Virus record (IMG/VR): IMGVR_UViG_3300040810_000833 | Span: 1 to 64,000 of that record | Reading direction: 5' to 3' (one strand) | DNA length: 64,000 nt | DNA from: a virus | Lineage: Duplodnaviria > Heunggongvirae > Uroviricota > Caudoviricetes | Part shown: positions 6,806 to 15,772 of the stretch, one piece after another | How the letters are laid out: each line of letters opens with the position of its first letter | Numbering within the stretch: position 1 is the first letter of the stretch | The notes under the pieces: model-generated | Told to the model about the DNA's origin: nothing | What the model saw: the letters and a program-made list of their open reading frames with translations, nothing else | Database searches by the model: none | Translations under genes and position numbers: made by a program

Positions 6806-7303
6806 ATGAGCCCAACACAAGAGCAGATAAAGACGATCCTAAGAGTAATTGATAGGATTGCTCCGTCTTACGTATTTGGATTCTACGAAGTTGACGACAT
6901 AAAACAGGAGTCATACATTATATGCCATGAAGCACTACAGAGGTGGGATCAAATCCGTCCTTTGGAAAATTTCTTATCAAAAAACCTATCAAATCGACTG
7001 AAAACGCTGATTAGGGATAGGTACTCAAGGGCGACGACTACGTCGGCAAGGCATGCTGAGCTTAATGAAAGAAAGAAACGACTTGTTGACTTGAGACCGG
7101 CAAGCGGAAATTATGAACCTGTTAAAGACTTTGAGAGCGTAATGTTGACAAGAGAAGCAATTGAGCATGCGAGAACAAAAGTTGACCCAAAAACAAGGAA
7201 CGACTTAGATCGAGTACTTAGCGGGGTTTCAATCCCAGCAGTAAAAAGAAGAAGACTTTACAACAAAATACGGGAGATCTTAGGTGAAAGTTGGACGCCT
7301 TAG
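6806..7303 (+). CDS. sigma-70-family-like protein (putative phage sigma factor)
   Basis: Region-2-like IKQESYIICHEALQRWD; C-terminal segment AVKRRRLYNKIREIL is possibly HTH-like. Confidence 0.4.
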   Translation: MSPTQEQIKTILRVIDRIAPSYVFGFYEVDDIKQESYIICHEALQRWDQIRPLENFLSKNLSNRLKTLIRDRYSRATTTSARHAELNERKKRLVDLRPASGNYEPVKDFESVMLTREAIEHARTKVDPKTRNDLDRVLSGVSIPAVKRRRLYNKIREILGESWTP

Positions 7304-8075
7304 TAAGGAAGAATGGAAGTTCATAGAAGATAATGCTGATGGACTTGCCGCCTCCGCAATAGCACACCACCTTAACAGATCTGTTGAGTCGATTGAGAAA
7401 CATCTAGCAAAAATTGGGAAAACCCCAGACAAAACACAGAATTTTGCTGTCCAAGCAGAATACGACATAAAGTCGCGTGCCTACTGGCGGGAGATTCGCA
7501 GTCAGTTCTCTGCGGATGAGATTGAGCTGTTCTTGTCATTGTGGACTGAAATCGTTGCTCAGTTTAGAAAAGACGTCCTGCCGACAGAAGAGCTTCAGAT
7601 CATCGACTTGATTAAACTCGAAATTCTCATGAATAGAGACCTTCGAGAACAAAGCGAGACCATGGAGAGCGTCAGACGCTATGAGGCTGAGTGTGACGCA
7701 GAGAAAGCCAAGCCCCCAGGGGAAAAGGACGCCGAAAGAATCTTCGTCTTAGAGAGGCAAATAGCGAGCCTCAGAGCGGGCAGAGAAGCCTTAGCTAGAG
7801 ACTATAAGGATCTTCACAGCAAAAAGGCCTCACTAAACAAAGACCTGAAAGCTACTCGTGAGCAACGTATTGAAAAACTTGAAAATAACAGAGAAACTCT
7901 AGCGGCACTTGTTACTAGAATATTGAGAGATCCAGACTTCTTTGAAGAAGAGGGGAAGTTAATTGAGAAGATGAGACTAGCTATGGAGCAGGAAAGGGAC
8001 AGACTTTCTGATTATCATACATATGAAGACGGAACTGTTGACCAACCTTTTCTGACGCCGGATACTGTTAAATGA
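7284..8075 (+). CDS. HTH plus long coiled-coil protein (263 aa), unknown function
   Basis: GTG start with a GGGAGA RBS; N-terminal LSKEEWKFIEDNADGLAASAIAHHLNRSVESIEKHLAKI is HTH-like, the rest is charged coiled-coil. Confidence 0.45.
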   Translation: MKVGRLSKEEWKFIEDNADGLAASAIAHHLNRSVESIEKHLAKIGKTPDKTQNFAVQAEYDIKSRAYWREIRSQFSADEIELFLSLWTEIVAQFRKDVLPTEELQIIDLIKLEILMNRDLREQSETMESVRRYEAECDAEKAKPPGEKDAERIFVLERQIASLRAGREALARDYKDLHSKKASLNKDLKATREQRIEKLENNRETLAALVTRILRDPDFFEEEGKLIEKMRLAMEQERDRLSDYHTYEDGTVDQPFLTPDTVK

Positions 8076-8349
8076 GACTTCTCTTTTTACAGAATTGTGG
8101 GATGATGGATTTTATGAGGAGTGAGATGAGTAGAACGCCATCAGGCAGGCAGGAGGCAAGAGTTCGCAGTACGTGTGACGGTTTTTCTTTATCCGAAGAC
8201 AGCCGAACTCCCATAACAAAGAAATCGTCTATATTTTATTTCCCCCTTGTGAGTATGTAGAGAAGCCAGCCGATCTCCTTTACTTGTTTAACAATGCATA
8301 GAAGAAGAAATGAAACTTCAGTCTAGTATCGCTTTAGAGAGGTTGCAGA

Positions 8350-8958
8350 ATGGCTCGCGTGTTAGTAGCTTGTGAATTTAGCGGAATTGTAAGAGACGCC
8401 TTTCGCAAACGAGGTCATGATGCATGGTCTTGCGACTTAGAACCAGCAAGCGAATCGCAATACAGTCAATTTCATCTTCATCAAGACGTAAAGGGGGTTC
8501 TTGATCAGAAGTGGGATATTATCATTGCCCATCCTCCATGCACATATCTTTCTAATTCTGGAGTATGTCATCTACATACGCAAGAAGGAAGATGGGAGCG
8601 GATGAATGATGGTTGTGATTTCTTTAGCCTGTTTCTAAACCTAGACTGCGAAAAGGTTTGCATTGAGAACCCAATTCAGCACAGGTATGCTAGAGAGAGA
8701 ATAAGAAAATACGATCAGATAATACAGCCCTACCACTTTGGGCATCCAGAAAGTAAGGCTATTTGTTTATGGCTCAAGGGTCTTCCTCCATTAGTTCATA
8801 CTAATGATGTAAAAGCCTATATGATGACTCTTCCAAAAAAAGATCGTCAAAGAAATCATTACATGAGTCCAGGTAAAGACCGTGGCAAGTTGCGAAGTAT
8901 CTTTTTCACCGGAATAGCAGATGCTATGGCAGAACAATGGGGAGGTCAAAATGAATGA
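8350..8958 (+). CDS. minimal C5-cytosine-methyltransferase-like protein (motifs FSG / PPC / ENP)
   Basis: VLVACEFSGIVRDAF (motif I-like), IIIAHPPCTYLSNSG (PC motif IV-like), CIENPIQH (ENV motif VI-like); 202 aa with no evident target-recognition domain. Confidence 0.45.
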   Translation: MARVLVACEFSGIVRDAFRKRGHDAWSCDLEPASESQYSQFHLHQDVKGVLDQKWDIIIAHPPCTYLSNSGVCHLHTQEGRWERMNDGCDFFSLFLNLDCEKVCIENPIQHRYARERIRKYDQIIQPYHFGHPESKAICLWLKGLPPLVHTNDVKAYMMTLPKKDRQRNHYMSPGKDRGKLRSIFFTGIADAMAEQWGGQNE

Positions 8959-10228
8959 TTTTTCAGTAAAAATAGGAAGGCGAAGTTTACTAAAGGCTGG
9001 ATTTCTTGCTGCTGCAATGCCAAAGATTTTCGCGGACATTAAGGATTTTGAGAGCGTTGAGGGTCCAGCCAAAAGTGTAATCTTTATCTATCTACCTGGC
9101 GGTATTGCCGCACAAGAAAGTTTTGACCCGAAACCATTAGCCCCTACTGAGTACAAGGGTGCTATGAGTAGCATCCAAACAAGTATTCCGGGTGTGTTTT
9201 TCAATGAAAAACTCGCAATGACATCAAAGCTTGCTGATAAGCTCACGATAATTCGAAGCATGACTCATGGAGAGGCTGCACATGAGCGTGGAACGCATAA
9301 TGTTTTTACTGGCTACAGACCGAGTCCAGCACTCAGCTATCCATCGATCGGCTCAGTTGTTAGTCATGAATTTGGCTCTAGAAACAATCTTCCCCCTTAT
9401 ATTTGCATTCCTAACAAACCAAATGAATTCGCTGGCACTGGTTATCTCAGTAGTTCCTATGGTGCTTTCAGTTTAGGTTCTGACCCCGCTAGAGATGACT
9501 TTAAAGTTAGGGATCTTGCAAGCGAAATTGGAAATGCGAGGTTCTCAAGACGTCGAAGCACGCTGGATTTGATAAACGGCGGCTTCATAGAAGAGAACAA
9601 AAACGCCGACAATGTCAACGCCATGAATTCATTTTACGAAAGGGCGTATGAGCTTATCTCAAGCGTGGAGGCACAAGAGGCATTTAAGCTAGAGAAAGAG
9701 TCCGCAGAGACGCGAGAAAGATACGGGAAAAACACAGCTGGAGCAAGAATGCTTCTTGCCCGCAGACTTGTAGAAGCTGGTGCAAGGTTTGTGACACTAA
9801 CATACGGAAGTTGGGATATGCATGACGATATCGCCAACGGAATTAACAAACAGATGCCGTCATTCGACCAAGGGTTTTCTGCCCTAATCTCCGATCTCTC
9901 TGATAGAGGTATGTTTGACTCTACGATGGTTTGTGTTGTTTCTGAGTTTGGCAGGACTCCAAAGATTAATAACACTTCTGGGAGAGATCATTGGCCCCGA
10001 GTATTTAGTTCAGTCCTCGCGGGCGGTGGATTTAAGGGCGGGATGGTGTATGGTAAATCAGACTCTACTGGTTCAGAGCCAGAAGAGAACGCCGTGGAAA
10101 TACCGCACTGGGCCGGAACTATCTACAGTCAAATTGGAATAAATCCAGATAAAGAGTTGATGGCTCCTGGTGATAGACCTATCGAAATAGTTGACTTCGC
10201 CAAGGTCATTAAAGAAATAATTCAATGA
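8951..10228 (+). CDS. DUF1501-family protein with a twin-arginine (Tat) signal
   Basis: RBS GGGAGG then ATG 8951; GRRSLLKAGFLAAAMP Tat motif; C-terminal RDHWP...GGGFKGGMVYGKSDSTGSEP typical of DUF1501 (sulfatase-like fold). Confidence 0.7.
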   Translation: MNDFSVKIGRRSLLKAGFLAAAMPKIFADIKDFESVEGPAKSVIFIYLPGGIAAQESFDPKPLAPTEYKGAMSSIQTSIPGVFFNEKLAMTSKLADKLTIIRSMTHGEAAHERGTHNVFTGYRPSPALSYPSIGSVVSHEFGSRNNLPPYICIPNKPNEFAGTGYLSSSYGAFSLGSDPARDDFKVRDLASEIGNARFSRRRSTLDLINGGFIEENKNADNVNAMNSFYERAYELISSVEAQEAFKLEKESAETRERYGKNTAGARMLLARRLVEAGARFVTLTYGSWDMHDDIANGINKQMPSFDQGFSALISDLSDRGMFDSTMVCVVSEFGRTPKINNTSGRDHWPRVFSSVLAGGGFKGGMVYGKSDSTGSEPEENAVEIPHWAGTIYSQIGINPDKELMAPGDRPIEIVDFAKVIKEIIQ

Positions 10229-10494
10229 GAAATTACAACTGCCCAGCATATAAAACGGCAAGATCTAAATCCCTAAGGAGGGACGGTAAATCTTGTCAAA
10301 TGCCGGGATGTTCCTCAAAAAAAAGGCTGCAGTCTCATCATATTATGACTTGGTCTGAAGCACCCTCACTTAGATTTGATGCTGATAACTTGATAACCCT
10401 ATGTAAGTCGTGCCATGATTCAATTAAGGGCCAAGAAGGCCACTATCAAGCACTTTTTATGGGTATAGTTCATGCAAATAATAAGAGACACTAG
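10225..10494 (+). CDS. HNH endonuclease (small)
   Basis: CQMPGC...SHHIMTWSE...DNLITLCKSCHDSIKG. Confidence 0.8.
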   Translation: MRNYNCPAYKTARSKSLRRDGKSCQMPGCSSKKRLQSHHIMTWSEAPSLRFDADNLITLCKSCHDSIKGQEGHYQALFMGIVHANNKRH

Positions 10495-10975
10495 AGAAAA
10501 GCAAGGCTGGGAATTTGTTTTCTACGACGACGTAGAATCAATAGTTTCAAAAAAGATAGACTGCGGAGACTACACGACAGCCTTACTAAAAGACGAGGTT
10601 GTGTTCGAAAGAAAGGCATCCGTTGTTGAAATTGCCACAAATTTAGGCATAACATCCAACAGGGAAAGATTCTACAGAGAGTGCGAAAGGATGAAGTCGT
10701 TAAAGCGGGCATACATCATTTGCGAATTCCAAGAGAATCAAGTTCTTTCATTTCCAACAGAGGATGACCGTGCCGTTATTGAAAGAGAGCGGAAGTTTTC
10801 AAAAAACAAAGAAGGGGTAAAGGTAAGATTAAACGGAAGATACCTAAGAAAACTCCTAGCAGACCTTGAGCGTAGCTACCCAAATATAGAAGTGGTATTT
10901 GCCGGTAGTAGAGATGCTGCGGAAAAGTTTACCCACGACATGCTAAAGTACTGGGAAAAAAGAAAGCTCTCCTAA
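10472..10975 (+). CDS. ERCC4-type (XPF/Mus81/Hef-like) nuclease domain protein
   Basis: IRDTREK ... DCGDY ... VVFERKAS ... NRERFYRECERM, matching the ERCC4 D-x-RE / GDY / ERK signature. Confidence 0.55.
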   Translation: MQIIRDTREKQGWEFVFYDDVESIVSKKIDCGDYTTALLKDEVVFERKASVVEIATNLGITSNRERFYRECERMKSLKRAYIICEFQENQVLSFPTEDDRAVIERERKFSKNKEGVKVRLNGRYLRKLLADLERSYPNIEVVFAGSRDAAEKFTHDMLKYWEKRKLS

Positions 10976-10976
10976 A

Positions 10977-11504
10977 ATGGAATGGATCTCTTCTTTATTC
11001 TATTCCCTCGCCAATTTTCTTCCTCGTCTTCTCAATCTAACAGAAGATATGGTATGTATAAGAATGAATGGCTCTAAACATAAAAGATTAAAGCCAGGAT
11101 ATCACATATACACCCCACTCATTCATGAAATAAGAACAGCGTACATAACTAGACAAGAACTAGACTTACCAGAGCAAATTCTTACCACTAAGGATCAACA
11201 GGCAGTACTGGTATCTGCCTCCCTTGTTTACCGTGTAGTAGATCCAGTTAAGGCACTGATTCAAACACAAAATTACTCAGATACCGTCATAGAAGTAGCA
11301 CAAAAGAGTGTTAAGTCCATGGTGACGCATAGCGATTTAAGAGACGTCATAGTGGAAAATGAAGACTTCGACGAAGAGTTTAGGTCTCGCATTATGTCCG
11401 ATATAGAGGAGTACGGACTGGAGATAGACGAGGCGTTCTTAACTTCAGCAGTTGCAACAAATCCATATCATGTATCTGGGCTATACATTAACATGAGTTC
11501 ATAA
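10977..11504 (+). CDS. SPFH/band-7 domain protein
   Basis: LKPGYHIYTPLIHEIR...TKDQQAVLVSASLVYRVVDPVKAL...VTHSDLRDVI pattern typical of stomatin/prohibitin-like domains. Confidence 0.5.
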   Translation: MEWISSLFYSLANFLPRLLNLTEDMVCIRMNGSKHKRLKPGYHIYTPLIHEIRTAYITRQELDLPEQILTTKDQQAVLVSASLVYRVVDPVKALIQTQNYSDTVIEVAQKSVKSMVTHSDLRDVIVENEDFDEEFRSRIMSDIEEYGLEIDEAFLTSAVATNPYHVSGLYINMSS

Positions 11505-13522
11505 TGTCAAAAAACAAACACAACCATAAGGCTGTAATCAGGCAGCTAAATGACGCTTGGTTGAATCTTAATGTTTCTCACGATTTAGTAATTAACCCAT
11601 TTGATAGACTGAGAACAGACGATCCTGATGAATTCTACAAGAGGCTGACCTGCCTCTTTATGAATCCTGATTACTTTTGTTTTGTCTGCAAGCATGTGCT
11701 AAACGTCGAGCTGTTGCCGATGCAGGCCTTGATACTGAGGGAAATGTGGATCAGAAAATTCCCGATGCTTGTCGGGAGTCGAGGTCTTGGAAAGACGTTC
11801 TTGCTGTCCCTATACTGCATGCTCCGTGCAGCACTAATGCCCGGAAGAAAAATTGTGGTCGTTGGTGCTGCCTTCCGTCAGTCGAAGTTTCTTCACGATT
11901 ACATGGAAACGATCTGGAAGAATGCTCCTGTACTCAGGGATATGTGCGACGGTAACAGCGGCCCTAGACGCGATGTCGACATGTGCAAAATGACTATCAA
12001 TGGCAGCACGATCGTCGCCCTGCCCATTGGTGATGGTCAGAAGATTAGAGGTCAGCGAGCTAATGATATCGTCGCTGACGAATTTGCTAGTATGTCAAGG
12101 GAAATCTTCGAGAATGTTATTGCTGGCTTTGCTGCTGTTTCTGCGTCTCCGGTGAGTAACGTGAAAATGATCGCGAAGGAGAAAATGGCTCAGGAAATAG
12201 GTTTTGATCTTTCTACTTTAACGTCAAAAAAACCAGAGCTTCAGAATGTAAGCAATCAAATCATACTGTCGGGAACCGCTTACTATGATTTCAATCACTT
12301 CTCTGAATACTGGAAAAGATGGAAGGCTATCATAGAGACTAAGGGTGATTACAAGGCTATATCAAACTCTGTCTTTAATGGAGAGCCTGTGCCCGAATCT
12401 TTTAATTGGCGTGATTATTCCATAATGAGAATACCTGTTGACCTTATCCCTAACGGCTTTATGGATGAAGGGCAAATCGCTAGATCTAAGGCCACTGTCC
12501 ATAATGGTATTTATCTTATGGAGTTTGGTGCGGTATTCACAAAAGACAGTCAAGGGTTCTTCAAAAGAAGCTTGATTGAGTCCTGCATTGGTACAGATCA
12601 GAGGCCTATACAGCTTCCTTCTGGGTCAGTATATTTTGACCCCCTTCTAAGGGGCGGTAAAGGCAAGAAGTATGTGATGGCTATTGACCCAGCCTCGGAA
12701 GTTGACAACTTTAGCATCATCATACTTGAGGTTCATCCAGACCATAGAAGGATTGTATATTGCTGGACAACGACGAGGAAAGACCACACAGAGAGAGTCA
12801 AGAAAGGTTTGACTAAAGATAATAACTTCTACTCTTACTGTGCTAGAAAAATAAGGGACTTGATGAAGCTGTTCTCAGTTGTCCATATTGCGATGGACTC
12901 GCAGGGCGGTGGCTACCAAGTTTCTGAGGCATTGCATGATTCATCCAAAATAGGTGATGGAGAATCGCCAATCTGGCCAGTTATAGATCCGGACGACCCG
13001 AAAGATACAGATGATGAGCAGGGACTTCATCTCTTAGAATTATGCCAGTTCGCAAAATATGATTGGTATAGGGAAGCCAATCACGGACTAAGGAAAGACT
13101 TTGAGGATCGAATATTGTTATTTCCAAGATTCGATCCAGTCACTATTGGGTTGTCTATAGAGCAGGACAAGGCAAATGATCGCGTTTACGATACGCTTGA
13201 AGACTGTGTACTTGAGATAGAGGACCTAAAAGACGAACTATCCCTTATCGAGATCACGCAGAGCGTTAACGGGAGAGAGCGATGGGATACTCCCGAAGTC
13301 AAGGTTGGTGTTGGCAAGAAAGAACGCATGAGAAAAGACAGGTACTCTGCTCTCATGATGGCAAACATGGCCGCAAGAACTATAAACTTCTATGAGAAAC
13401 CGGCAGAATACATTTCTTATGGTGGTTTTGCAAGACAGGAAAGCAGTAACTCAGACAAGGAACGCTCAACTTACAGTGGGCCACTGTGGTTTACACAGCA
13501 CATGAATGGGCTGTATGATTAA
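11504..13522 (+). CDS. terL: terminase large subunit
   Basis: Walker A VGSRGLGKTFL, Walker B IVADEFASM; 672 aa; directly upstream of the portal. Confidence 0.85.
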   Translation: MSKNKHNHKAVIRQLNDAWLNLNVSHDLVINPFDRLRTDDPDEFYKRLTCLFMNPDYFCFVCKHVLNVELLPMQALILREMWIRKFPMLVGSRGLGKTFLLSLYCMLRAALMPGRKIVVVGAAFRQSKFLHDYMETIWKNAPVLRDMCDGNSGPRRDVDMCKMTINGSTIVALPIGDGQKIRGQRANDIVADEFASMSREIFENVIAGFAAVSASPVSNVKMIAKEKMAQEIGFDLSTLTSKKPELQNVSNQIILSGTAYYDFNHFSEYWKRWKAIIETKGDYKAISNSVFNGEPVPESFNWRDYSIMRIPVDLIPNGFMDEGQIARSKATVHNGIYLMEFGAVFTKDSQGFFKRSLIESCIGTDQRPIQLPSGSVYFDPLLRGGKGKKYVMAIDPASEVDNFSIIILEVHPDHRRIVYCWTTTRKDHTERVKKGLTKDNNFYSYCARKIRDLMKLFSVVHIAMDSQGGGYQVSEALHDSSKIGDGESPIWPVIDPDDPKDTDDEQGLHLLELCQFAKYDWYREANHGLRKDFEDRILLFPRFDPVTIGLSIEQDKANDRVYDTLEDCVLEIEDLKDELSLIEITQSVNGRERWDTPEVKVGVGKKERMRKDRYSALMMANMAARTINFYEKPAEYISYGGFARQESSNSDKERSTYSGPLWFTQHMNGLYD

Positions 13523-13583
13523 TTTGTGGAGTATACATTCCTATAATTCAAATGTAATTCAAATTCATTTAATTTAGGAATAT

Positions 13584-15710
13584 TTGATGTCAAGCAAAAG
13601 CCCAGTACAGACACGAGAGCAAGAACCTCCCTATTTTATGTTCACCAAACCGGAGGATTTGTCTCGTGCTTTTGGAAATATTGAAAGCTATCAAGGAATT
13701 GTAAGAAACCCGAGCGAGCGTTCATTCCTGTCGACAGCTGCGTCGAGGCGTTCATACATAGATATTGAACCAAACATATCTGTAAGAACGGATTTCAACA
13801 AGAACGACTACTATAGATTTAGGCCTCTTGAGCAGCCAGGGACTCAACATCTTCAGTCCATGGCAATGTCCATGAATGCCTATGACAAAGTCGGAATCAT
13901 TAAAAATGTGATCGACTTGATGGGCGATTTCGGTTCTCAAGGTATCAGCCTAAATCATCAAAATAAGAGTATTGAAAGATTCTATAGGCGGTGGTGGCAT
14001 AAGATAGGTGGTGTTGAGCGTTCAGAACGCTTCTTGAATAACCTATATCGATGCGGCAATGTAGTTATTTACCGCAGATACGCAAAGCTAACGGCAACAA
14101 TGCGGAAGCAAATGACTAAAGCTGCGGACATTGTTGTTCCCGAGAAACAAGCCGTTATAAAAAGGCATATTCCCGTTGTTTATGACTTCCTAAACCCAAT
14201 GACGATTGATGTTGTTGGAGGACAAGCTGCTGCGTTTGCCGGTCATAAAAAATACAAGATGAGAATATCTCGCAACGTCTTGCGTCAATTACATGCTGAC
14301 AAATCCATGCTGGGGCAGTTGCCGGAATATCTAAGGCGTGCAATACAAAGTGAAAAGCCAGACGTTGAGCTTGATTCCAACGACATTCGCGTATTTCATT
14401 ACAAAAAAGACGATTGGAGTCTGTGGGCAAATCCATTAGTTAGCCCAATCCTAGACGACATAATCATGCTGGAAAAGATGAAGTTGGCTGATATGAGTGC
14501 CTTGGATGGTGCGATATCAAGCATTCGTCTGTGGAGATTAGGAAACCTTGAACACAAGATTCTTCCAAGTAAGGGATCTATTAATAAACTCAGGGATGTA
14601 TTAGCCGCAAATACTGGTGGTGGAACAATGGACTTAGTTTGGGGTCCAGAAATTGACTTCAAAGAATCTAATAGTCAGGTTTATAAGTTCCTCGGCAGCG
14701 AAAAGTATCAGCCTGTACTTAACAGTATCTATGCAGGTCTTGGAATTCCCCCAACACTAACAGGAATTGCTGGTCAGTCTGGCGGGTATACAAATAACTT
14801 CATATCGCTGAAGACACTAATAGACCGCCTTGAATATGGAAGATCGTTGCTGAATCAGTTTTGGCAAGCTGAGATTGAGTACATACAAAAGGCAATGGGT
14901 TTCGCTAAACCGGCAACAATACACTATGACCATATGATGCTATCTGATGAAACGGCAGAAAAGAATCTTCTAGTCCGGCTTGCCGAGGAAGACATCATCT
15001 CAATAGAAACGCTGAGAGAACGAATCGGCGAAGACAACGCGATTGAAGAAAAGAGGATTTCGCAAGAACGCAAAAAGAGAGAGTCGGGTAAAATTCCTCC
15101 CAAGGCAGATCCATATCACAATGCGAATACGGAGTCGGAATATAAGAAGATCGCCCTACAGCGTGGAGAAATATCTATCACGGATGTCGTAGATATCGTT
15201 CCAACGGCACCAAAAATTCACAACCAAGAAGGTTCTAGAGATCCTAACAAAACAAACAGGACATCTCCAAACCCAGATGGTGGCCGACCACAGTTTCAAA
15301 AAGACCAAGAAAAGAGAAAGCGTAAAGAGGTTAAACCGAAGACCACCCCAACGACGACGGCGGAGGTTATTGTCTGGAGTCAAGAAGCACAAAGAACAAT
15401 ATCGAATCTAATAAACCCAGCAATTCTTGCACAATACGGAAAAACAGATCTTAGGTCACTCACTAGATCAGAACTCACGCAGCTGGAAAATATTAAATTC
15501 CGTGTGCTTTGCAGCCTTAATCCTTTCGAGCAGATAAATGAACAGAGGGTGTTTGATATTCTTAATTCTGGTGCCCGTATTGACTCTTCTTTTACTGAAT
15601 TGAAGGCTAGTACTGTTGCCTCGTTCCTAGAAAGAAACGGTAGACAGCCAACAGTAGAAGACATAAGGTCAATCAACTCCACGGCATACGCATTTATTGT
15701 TCTGTTGTAA
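13584..15710 (+). CDS. portal protein (putative)
   Basis: 708-aa ORF immediately after terL; synteny; no motif diagnostic by eye. Confidence 0.55.
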   Translation: MMSSKSPVQTREQEPPYFMFTKPEDLSRAFGNIESYQGIVRNPSERSFLSTAASRRSYIDIEPNISVRTDFNKNDYYRFRPLEQPGTQHLQSMAMSMNAYDKVGIIKNVIDLMGDFGSQGISLNHQNKSIERFYRRWWHKIGGVERSERFLNNLYRCGNVVIYRRYAKLTATMRKQMTKAADIVVPEKQAVIKRHIPVVYDFLNPMTIDVVGGQAAAFAGHKKYKMRISRNVLRQLHADKSMLGQLPEYLRRAIQSEKPDVELDSNDIRVFHYKKDDWSLWANPLVSPILDDIIMLEKMKLADMSALDGAISSIRLWRLGNLEHKILPSKGSINKLRDVLAANTGGGTMDLVWGPEIDFKESNSQVYKFLGSEKYQPVLNSIYAGLGIPPTLTGIAGQSGGYTNNFISLKTLIDRLEYGRSLLNQFWQAEIEYIQKAMGFAKPATIHYDHMMLSDETAEKNLLVRLAEEDIISIETLRERIGEDNAIEEKRISQERKKRESGKIPPKADPYHNANTESEYKKIALQRGEISITDVVDIVPTAPKIHNQEGSRDPNKTNRTSPNPDGGRPQFQKDQEKRKRKEVKPKTTPTTTAEVIVWSQEAQRTISNLINPAILAQYGKTDLRSLTRSELTQLENIKFRVLCSLNPFEQINEQRVFDILNSGARIDSSFTELKASTVASFLERNGRQPTVEDIRSINSTAYAFIVLL

Positions 15711-15772
15711 AATCTCAAAAAAAACAGATAATAATATTTTTTTGGAGTATTAAGCACTTAGAAAGGTTAATT

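Noticed and set aside
7284-7303. +1/-1 frameshift fusing the sigma-like ORF 6806..7303 to 7284..8075
   Set aside because: The 20-nt overlap has no slippery heptamer. The downstream gene has its own GGGAGA RBS and GTG start.
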